Part shown: piece by piece, positions 54,901-64,000 of the stretch | Position numbering within the stretch: the first letter of the stretch is position 1 | How the letters are laid out: every line of letters begins with the position of its first letter | Assembly: GCF_009914755.1 (NCBI RefSeq) | Contig: NC_060925.1 | Reading direction: 5' to 3' (one strand) | Origin: the human T2T-CHM13v2.0 reference genome, Homo sapiens | Length of the DNA: 64,000 nt | The notes under the pieces: model-generated | Database searches by the model: none | Told to the model about the DNA's origin: nothing | The model's input: only the letters and a program-made list of their open reading frames with translations | Made by a program: the position numbers and the translations under genes

Positions 54901-57900
54901 AACACAAGGAAGTTACTGAGAATTCTTCTGTCTAGCAGAATATGAAGAAATCCCGTTTCCAACGAAGGCCTGAAGGAGGTCTGAATATCCACTTGCAGAC
55001 TTTACAAACAGAGTGTTTCCTAACTGCTCTATGTAAAGAAAGGTTAAACTCTGTGAGTTGAACGCACACATCACAAAGGAGTTTCTGAGAATCATTCTGT
55101 CTAGTTTCTATAAGAAGATATTTCCTATTCTACCATTGACCTCAAAGCGGCTGAAATCTCCACTTGCAAATTCGACAAAAAGAGTGTTTCAAGCCTGCTC
55201 TCTGTAAAGGATCCTTCAACTCTGTGAGTTGAATACACACAACACAAGGAAGTTACTGAGAATTATTCTGTCTAGCATAATATGAAGAAATCCCGTTTCC
55301 AACGAAGGCCTCAAAGAGGTCTGAATATCCACTTGCACACTTTACAAACAGAGTGTTTCCTAACTGCTCTATGAGAAGAAAAGTTAAACTCTGTGAGTTG
55401 AACGCACACATCACAAAAGATTTTCTGAGAATCATTCTGTCTTGTCTTTATATGAAGATAGTTTCCTTTTCTACCATTGACCTCAAAGCGGCTGAAATCT
55501 CCACTTGCAAATTCCACAAAAAGAGTGTTTCAAGTCTGCTCTGTGTAAAGGATCGTTCAACTCTGTGAGTTGAATACACACAACACAAGGAAGTTACTGA
55601 GAATTCTTCTGTCTAGCAGAATATGAAGAAATCCCGTTTCCAACGAAGGCCACAAGATATCAGAATATCCACTTACAGACTTTACAAACAGAGTGTTTCC
55701 TAACTGCTCTATGAACAGAAAGGTTAAACTCTGTGAGTTGAACGAACACATCACAACGCAGTTTGTGGGAATGATTCTGTCTAGTTTTGAAACGAAGATA
55801 TTTCCTTTTCTGCCGTTGACCTTAAAGCGCTTGAAATCTACACTTGCAAATTGCACAAATAGAGTGTTTCAAATCTGCTCTGTCTAAGGGAACGTTCAAC
55901 TCTGTGAGTTGAATGCACACAACACAAGGAAGTTACTGGGAATTCTTCTGTCTAGCCTTACATGAAAAAACCCGTTTCCAACGAAGGCCTCTAAGTGGTC
56001 AAAATATACACGTGCAGACTTTATAAACAGAGTGTTTCCAAACCGCTGAATGAAAAGAAAAGTTAAACTCTGAGAGTTGAACGCACACATCACGCAGCAG
56101 TTTCTGAGAATGATTCTGTCTAGTTTTTATACGAAGATATTTCCTTTTCTGCCTTTGGCCCCAAAGCGCTTGAAATCTCCACTTGCAAATTCCACAAAAA
56201 CAGTGTTTCAAATCTGCTCTCTCTAAATGAAAGTTCAACTCTGTCAGTTGAATACACACAACACAAGGAAGTTACTGAGAATTCTTCTGTCTAGCATAAT
56301 ATGAAGAAATCCCGTTTCCAACGAAGGCCTCAAAGGGGTCTGAATATCCACTTGCAGAATTTATAAACAGAGTGTTTACTAACTGCTCTATGAAAAGAAA
56401 GGTTAAACTCTGTGAGTTGAACACACACATCACAAAGGAGTTTCTGAGAATCATTCTGTCTAGTTTTTCTACGAAGATATTTCCTTTTCTACTATTGACC
56501 TGAAAGCGGCTGAAATCTCCACTTGCAAATTCCACAAAAAGAGTGTTTCAAGTCTGCTCTGTGTAAAGGATCGTTCAACTCTGTGAGTTGAATACACACA
56601 ACACAAGGAAGTTACTGAGAATTCTTCTGTCTAGCAGAATAGGAAGAAATCCCGTTTCCAACGAAGGCCTCAAAGAGGTCTGAATATCCACTTGCAGACT
56701 TTACAAACAGAGTGTTTCCTAACTGCTCTATGAAAAGAAAAGTTAAACTCTGTGAGTTGAACGCACACATCACAAAGGAGTTTCTGAGAATCGTTCTGTC
56801 TAGTTTCTATAGGAAGATATTTCCTATTCTACCATTGACCTCAAAGCGGCTGAAATCTCCACTTTCAAATTCCACAAAAAGAGTGTTTCAAGTCTGCTCT
56901 GTGTAAAGGATCGTTCAACTCTGTGAGTAGAATACACACAACACAAGGAAGTCACTGAGAATTCTTCTGTCTAGCAGAATATGAAGAAATCCCCTTTCCA
57001 ACGAAGGCCTCAAGGAGGTCTGAATATCCACTTGCAGACTTTACAAACAGAGTGTTTCCTAACTGCTCTATGAAAAGAAAGGTTAAACTCTGTGAGTTGA
57101 ACGCACACATCACAAAGGAGTTTATGAGAATCATTCTGTCTAGTTTCTATAAGAAGATATTTCCTATTCTACCATTGACCTCAAAGCGGCTGAAATCTCC
57201 ACTTGCAAATTCGACAAAAAGAGTGTTTCAAGCCTGCTCTCTGTAAAGGATCCTTCAACTCTGTGAGTTGAATACACACAACACAAGGAAGTTACTGAGA
57301 ATTATTCTGTCTAGCATAATATGAAGAAATCCCGTTTCCAACGAAGGCCTCAAAGAGGTCTGAATATCCACTTGCAGACTTTACAAACTGAGTGTTTCCT
57401 AACTGCTCTATGAGAAGAAAAGTTAAACTCTGTGAGTTGAACGCACACATCACAAAAGATTTTCTGAGAATCATTCTGTCTAGTCTTTATATGAAGATAG
57501 TTTCCTTTTCTACCATTGACCTCAAAGCGGCTGAAATCTCCACTTGCAAATTCCACAAAAAGAGTGTTTCAAGTCTGCTCTGTGTAAAGGATCGTTCAAC
57601 TCTGTGAGTTGAATACACACAACACAAGGAAGTTACTGAGAATTCTTCTGTCTAGCAGAATATGAAGAAATCCCGTTTCCAACGAAGGCCACAAGATGTC
57701 AGAATATCCACTTGCAGACTTTACAAACAGAGTGTTTCCTAACTGCTCTATGAACAGAAAGGTTAAACTCTGTGAGTTGAACGAACACATCACAACGCAG
57801 TTTGTGGGAATGATTCTGTCTAGTTTTGAAACGAAGATATTTCCTTTTCTGCCGTTGACCTTAAAGCGCTTGAAATCTACACTTGCAAATTGCACAAATA

Positions 57901-60900
57901 GAGTGTTTCAAATCTGCTCTGTCTAAGGGAACGTTCAACTCTGTGAGTTGAATGCACACAACACAAGGAAGTTACTGGGAATTCTTCTGTCTAGCCTTAC
58001 ATGAAAAAACCCGTTTCCAACGAAGGCCTCTAAGTGGTCAAAATATACACGTGCAGACTTTACAAACAGAGTGTTTCCAAACCGCTGAATGAAAAGAAAA
58101 GTTAAGCTCTGAGAGTTGAACGCACACATCACGCAGCAGTTTCTGAGAATGATTCTGTCTAGTTTTTATACGAAGATATTTCCTTTTCTGCCTTTGGCCC
58201 CAAAGCGCTTGAAATCTCCACTTGCAAATTCCACAAAAACAGTGTTTCAAATCTGCTCTCTCTAAATGAAAGTTCAACTCTGTCAGTTGAATACACACAA
58301 CACAAGGAAGTTACTGAGAATTCTTCTGTCTAGCATAATATGAAGAAATCCCGTTTCCAACGAAGGCCTCAAAGGGGTCTGAATATCCACTTGCAGACTT
58401 TATAAACAGAGTGTTTACTAACTGCTCTATGAAAAGAAAGGTTAAACTCTGTGAGTTGAACACACACATCACAAAGGAGTTTCTGAGAATCATTCTGTCT
58501 AGTTTTTCTACGAAGATATTTCCTTTTCTACTATTGACCTGAAAGCGGCTGAAATCTCCACTTGCAAATTCCACAAAAAGAGTGTTTCAAGTCTGCTCTG
58601 TGTAAAGGATCGTTCAACTCTGTGAGTAGAATACACACAACACAAGGAAGTCACTGAGAATTCTTCTGTCTAGCAGAATATGAAGAAATCCCGTTTCCAA
58701 CGAAGGCCTCAAGGAGGTCTGAATATCCACTTGCAGACTTTACAAACAGAGTGTTTCCTAACTGCTCTATGAAAAGAAAGGTTAAACTCTGTGAGTTGAA
58801 CGCACACATCACAAAGGAGTTTATGAGAATCATTCTGTCTAGTTTCTATAAGAAGATATTTCCTATTCTACCATTGACCTCAAAGCGGCTGAAATCTCCA
58901 CTTGCAAATTCGACAAAAAGAGTGTTTCAAGCCTGCTCTCTGTAAAGGATCCTTCAACTCTGTGAGTTGAATACACACAACACAAGGAAGTTACTGAGAA
59001 TTATTCTGTCTAGCATAATATGAAGAAATCCCGTTTCCAACGAAGGCCTCAAAGAGGTCTGAATATCCACTTGCAGACTTTACAAACAGAGTGTTTCCTA
59101 ACTGCTCTATGAGAAGAAAAGTTAAACTCTGTGAGTTGAACGCACACATCACAAAAGATTTTCTGAGAATCATTCTGTCTTGTCTTTATACGAAGATATT
59201 TCCTTTTCTACCATTGACCTCAAAGCGGCTGAAATCTCCACTTGCAAATTCCACAAAAAGAGTGTTTCAAGTCTGCTCTGTGTAAAGGATCGTTCAACTC
59301 TGTGAGTAGAATACACACAACACAAGGAAGTCACTGAGAATTCTTCTGTCTAGCAGAATATGAAGAAATCCCGTTTCTAACGAAGGCCTCAAGGAGGTCT
59401 GAATATCCACTTGCAGACTTTACAAACAGAGTGTTTCCTAACTGCTCTATGAACAGAAAGGTTAAACTCTGTGAGTTGAACGCACACATCACAAAGGAGT
59501 TTCTGAGAATCAATCTGTCTAGTCTTTATACGAAGATATTTACTTTTCTACCATTGACTTCAAAGCGGCTGAAATCTCCACTTGCAAATTCCAAAAAAAG
59601 AGTGTTTCAAGTCTGCTCTGTGTAAAGGATCATTCAACTCTGTGAGTTGAATAAACACAACACAAGGAAGTTACTGAGAATTCTTCTGTCTAGCAGAATA
59701 TGAAGAAATCCCGTTTCCAACGAAGGCCTCAAGGAGGTCTGAATATCCACTTGCAGACTTTACAAACAGAGTGTTTCCTAACTGCTCTATGAAAAGAAAG
59801 GTTAAACTCTGTGAGTTGAACGCACACATCACAAAGGAGTTTCTGAGAATCATTCTGTCTAGTTTCTATAAGAAGATATTTCCTATTCTACCATTGACCT
59901 CAAAGCGGCTGAAATCTCCAATTGCAAATTCGACAAAAAGAGTGTTTCAAGCCTGCTCTCTGTAAAGGATCCTTCAACTCTGTGAGTTGAATACACACAA
60001 CACAAGGAAGTTACTGAGAATTCTTCTGTCTAGCATAATATGAAGAAATCCCGTTTCCAACGAAGGCCTCAAAGAGGTCTGAATATCCACTTGCACACTT
60101 TACAAACAGAGTGTTTCCTAACTGCTCTATGAGAAGAAAAGTTAAACTCTGTGAGTTGAACGCACACATCACAAAAGATTTTCTGAGAATCATTCTGTCT
60201 TGTCTTTATATGAAGATAGTTTCCTTTTCTACCATTGACCTCAAAGCGGCTGAAATCTCCACTTGCAAATTCCACAAAAAGAGTGTTTCAAGTCTGCTCT
60301 GTGTAAAGGATCGTTCAACTCTGTGAGTTGAATACACACAACACAAGGAAGTTACTGAGAATTCTTCTGTCTAGCAGAATATGAAGAAATCCCGTTTCCA
60401 ACGAAGGCCACAAGATATCAGAATATCCACTTACAGACTTTACAAACAGAGTGTTTCCTAACTGCTGTATGAACAGAAAGGTTAAACTCTGTGAGTTGAA
60501 CGAACACATCACAACGCAGTTTGTGGGAATGATTCTGTCTAGTTTTGAAACGAAGATATTTCCTTTTCTGCCGTTGACCTTAAAGCGCTTGAAATCTACA
60601 CTTGCAAATTGCACAAATAGAGTGTTTCAAATCTGCTCTGTCTAAGGGAACGTTCAACTCTGTGAGTTGAATGCACACAACACAAGGAAGTTACTGGGAA
60701 TTCTTCTGTCTAGCCTTACATGAAAAAACCCGTTTCCAACGAAGGCCTCTAAGTGGTCAAAATATACACGTGCAGACTTTATAAACAGAGTGTTTCCAAA
60801 CCGCTGAATGAAAAGAAAAGTTAAACTCTGAGAGTTGAACGCACACATCACGCAGCAGTTTCTGAGAATGATTCTGTCTAGTTTTTATACGAAGATATTT

Positions 60901-63900
60901 CCTTTTCTGCCTTTGGCCCCAAAGCGCTTGAAATCTCCACTTGCAAATTCCACAAAAACAGTGTCTCAAATCTGCTCTCTCTAAATGAAAGTTCAACCCT
61001 GTCAGTTGAATACACACAACACAAGGAAGTTACTGAGAATTCTTCTGTCTAGCATAATATGAAGAAATCCCGTTTCCAACGAAGGCCTCAAAGGGGTCTG
61101 AATATCCACTTGCAGACTTTATAAACAGAGTGTTTACTAACTGCTCTATGAAAAGAAAGGTTAAACTCTGTGAGTTGAACACACACATCACAAAGGAGTT
61201 TCTGAGAATCATTCTGTCTAGTTTTTCTACGAAGATATTTCCTTTTCTACTATTGACCTGAAAGCGGCTGAAATCTCCACTTGCAAATTCCACAAAAAGA
61301 GTGTTTCAAGTCTGCTCTGTGTAAAGGATCGTTCAACTCTGTGAGTTGAATACACACAACACAAGGAAGTTACTGAGAATTCTTCTGTCTAGCAGAATAG
61401 GAAGAAATCCCGTTTCCAACGAAGGCCTCAAAGAGGTCTGAATATCCACTTGCAGACTTTACAAACAGAGTGTTTCCTAACTGCTCTATGAAAAGAAAAG
61501 TTAAACTCTGTGAGTTGAACGCACACATCACAAAGGAGTTTCTGAGAATCGTTCTGTCTAGTTTCTATAGGAAGATATTTCCTATTCTACCATTGACCTC
61601 AAAGCGTCTGAAATCTCCACTTTCAAATTCCACAAAAAGAGTGTTTCAAGTCTGCTCTGTGTAAAGGATCGTTCAACTCTGTGAGTAGAATACACACAAC
61701 ACAAGGAAGTCACTGAGAATTCTTCTGTCTAGCAGAATATGAAGAAATCCCGTTTCCAACGAAGGCCTCAAGGAGGTCTGAATATCCACTTGCAGACTTT
61801 ACAAACAGAGTGTTTCCTAACTGCTCTATGAAAAGAAAGGTTAAACTCTGTGAGTTGAACGCACACATCACAAAGGAGTTTATGAGAATCATTCTGTCTA
61901 GTTTCTATAAGAAGATATTTCCTATTCTACCATTGACCTCAAAGCGGCTGAAATCTCCACTTGCAAATTCGACAAAAAGAGTGTTTCAAGCCTGCTCTCT
62001 GTAAAGGATCCTTCAACTCTGTGAGTTGAATACACACAACACAAGGAAGTTACTGAGAATTATTCTGTCTAGCATAATATGAAGAAATCCCGTTTCCAAC
62101 GAAGGCCTCAAAGAGGTCTGAATATCCACTTGCAGACTTTACAAACAGAGTGTTTCCTAACTGCTCTATGAGAAGAAAAGTTAAACTCTGTGAGTTGAAC
62201 GCACACATCACAAAAGATTTTCTGAGAATCATTCTGTCTAGTCTTTATATGAAGATAGTTTCCTTTTCTACCATTGACCTCAAAGCGGCTGAAATCTCCA
62301 CTTGCAAATTCCACAAAAAGAGTGTTTCAAGTCTGCTCTGTGTAAAGGATCGTTCAACTCTGTGAGTTGAATACACACAACACAAGGAAGTTACTGAGAA
62401 TTCTTCTGTCTAGCAGAATATGAAGAAATCCCGTTTCCAACGAAGGCCACAAGATGTCAGAATATCCACTTGCAGACTTTACAAACAGAGTGTTTCCTAA
62501 CTGCTCTATGAACAGAAAGGTTAAACTCTGTGAGTTGAACGAACACATCACAACGCAGTTTGTGGGAATGATTCTGTCTAGTTTTGAAACGAAGATATTT
62601 CCTTTTCTGCCGTTGACCTTAAAGCGCTTGAAATCTACACTTGCAAATTGCACAAATAGAGTGTTTCAAATCTGCTCTGTCTAAGGGAACGTTCAACTCT
62701 GTGAGTTGAATGCACACAACACAAGGAAGTTACTGGGAATTCTTCTGTCTAGCCTTACATGAAAAAACCCGTTTCCAACGAAGGCCTCTAAGTGGTCAAA
62801 ATATACACGTGCAGACTTTACAAACAGAGTGTTTCCAAACCGCTGAATGAAAAGAAAAGTTAAGCTCTGAGAGTTGAACGCACACATCACGCAGCAGTTT
62901 CTGAGAATGATTCTGTCTAGTTTTTATACGAAGATATTTCCTTTTCTGCCTTTGGCCCCAAAGCGCTTGAAATCTCCACTTGCAAATTCCACAAAAACAG
63001 TGTTTCAAATCTGCTCTCTCTAAATGAAAGTTCAACTCTGTCAGTTGAATACACACAACACAAGGAAGTTACTGAGAATTCTTCTGTCTAGCATAATATG
63101 AAGAAATCCCGTTTCCAACGAAGGCCTCAAAGGGGTCTGAATATCCACTTGCAGACTTTATAAACAGAGTGTTTACTAACTGCTCTATGAAAAGAAAGGT
63201 TAAACTCTGTGAGTTGAACACACACATCACAAAGGAGATTCTGAGAATCATTCTGTCTAGTTTTTCTACGAAGATATTTCCTTTTCTACTATTGACCTGA
63301 AAGCGGCTGAAATCTCCACTTGCAAATTCCACAAAAAGAGTGTTTCAAGTCTGCTCTGTGTAAAGGATCGTTCAACTCTGTGAGTTGAATACACACAACA
63401 CAAGGAAGTTACTGAGAATTCTTCTGTCTAGCAGAATAGGAAGAAATCCCGTTTCCAACGAAGGCCTCAAAGAGGTCTGAATATCCACTTGCAGACTTTA
63501 CAAACAGAGTGTTTCCTAACTGCTCTATGAAAAGAAAGGTTAAACTCTGTGAGTTGAACACACACATCACAAAGTAGTTTCTGAGAATCGTTCTGTCTAG
63601 TTTCTATAGGAAGATATTTCCTATTCTACCATTGACCTCAAAGCGGCTGAAATCTCCACTTGCAAATTCCACAAAAAGAATGTTTCAAGTCTGCTCTGTG
63701 TAAAGGATCGTTCAACTCTGTGAGTTGAATACACACAACACAAGGAAGTTACTGAGAATTATTCTGTCTAGCAGAATATGAAGAAATCCCGTTTCCAACG
63801 AAGGCCCCAAAGAGGTCTGAATATCCACTTGCAGACTTTACAAACAGAGTGTTTCCTAACTGCTCTGTGAAAAGAAAAGTTAAACTCTGTGAGTTGAACG

Positions 63901-64000
63901 CACACATCACAAAGGAGTTTATGAGAATCATTCTGTCTAGTCTTTATACGAAGATATTTCCTTTTCTACCATTGACCTCAAAGCGGCTGAAATCTCCACT

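Larger units (their letters stand above)
1..64000 (-). repeat. Centromeric alpha satellite array, SF1 dimeric type (probably human S1C1/5/19H1L = D1Z7/D5Z2/D19Z3)
   Basis: Continuous ~170-bp monomers with near-identity at 340-bp period. Typical alphoid motifs are present (TTCAACTCTGTGAGTTGAA, ATATCCACTTGCAGA, TTCTGTCTAG). Monomers with and without a CENP-B box alternate, and GAATTC recurs every ~340 bp (first at 536-541). The alpha satellite call is essentially certain; the family call comes from recognising the SF1 dimer and was not checked against a database. Confidence 0.97.

Noticed and set aside
189-63931. Hundreds of 60-105 aa ORFs (MFPNCS, MILRN, MQFAS, MCIQL, MEFAS families)
   Set aside because: They recur at the satellite period on both strands and overlap one another. 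Many use GTG/TTG starts, none has a recognisable domain, and they appear or vanish with single SNVs or indels. They are useful only as variant markers.
1-64000. CRISPR-like array (regular palindromic repeats)
   Set aside because: The intervening sequences are themselves repeats rather than unique spacers, and there are no cas genes or leader.
1-64000. Transposon insertion, inversion or foreign/engineered segment
   Set aside because: The 340-bp phase and orientation hold throughout, apart from 1-4 bp indels. No non-alphoid stretch was seen.
1-64000. Assignment to chromosome 1, 5 or 19, or to the kinetochore (CDR) site
   Set aside because: The family is shared among these chromosomes. Assignment needs k-mer mapping to assemblies, and the CDR needs methylation or CENP-A data.
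1-64000. A previously undescribed biological system
   Set aside because: Everything visible is explained by known alpha-satellite biology and tandem-array turnover. Only the local higher-order architecture may be undescribed.

Overview
The whole 64 kb is one uninterrupted, single-orientation array of primate (very probably human) centromeric alpha satellite. It consists of about 376 monomers of ~170 bp arranged as ~340-bp dimers, with one CENP-B box per dimer reading on the minus strand and an EcoRI site in most dimers. This matches suprachromosomal family 1, most likely the live S1C1/5/19H1L array (D1Z7/D5Z2/D19Z3); the chromosome cannot be assigned from the sequence. I see no genes, RNA genes, transposons, CRISPR arrays or inversions, and all listed ORFs are by-products of the repeat. 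I cannot support a new biological system here. The structure worth a second look is in how the array is organised: an unbroken divergent 4-monomer cassette (25 copies), an ordered eight-dimer 2720-bp 16-mer, variant units of 10-26 monomers, multi-kb duplications, hybrid dimers, regionally confined variants and very few core CENP-B box mutations. All counts were made by eye from the sequence and ORF track. The dimer labels A-H are my own.
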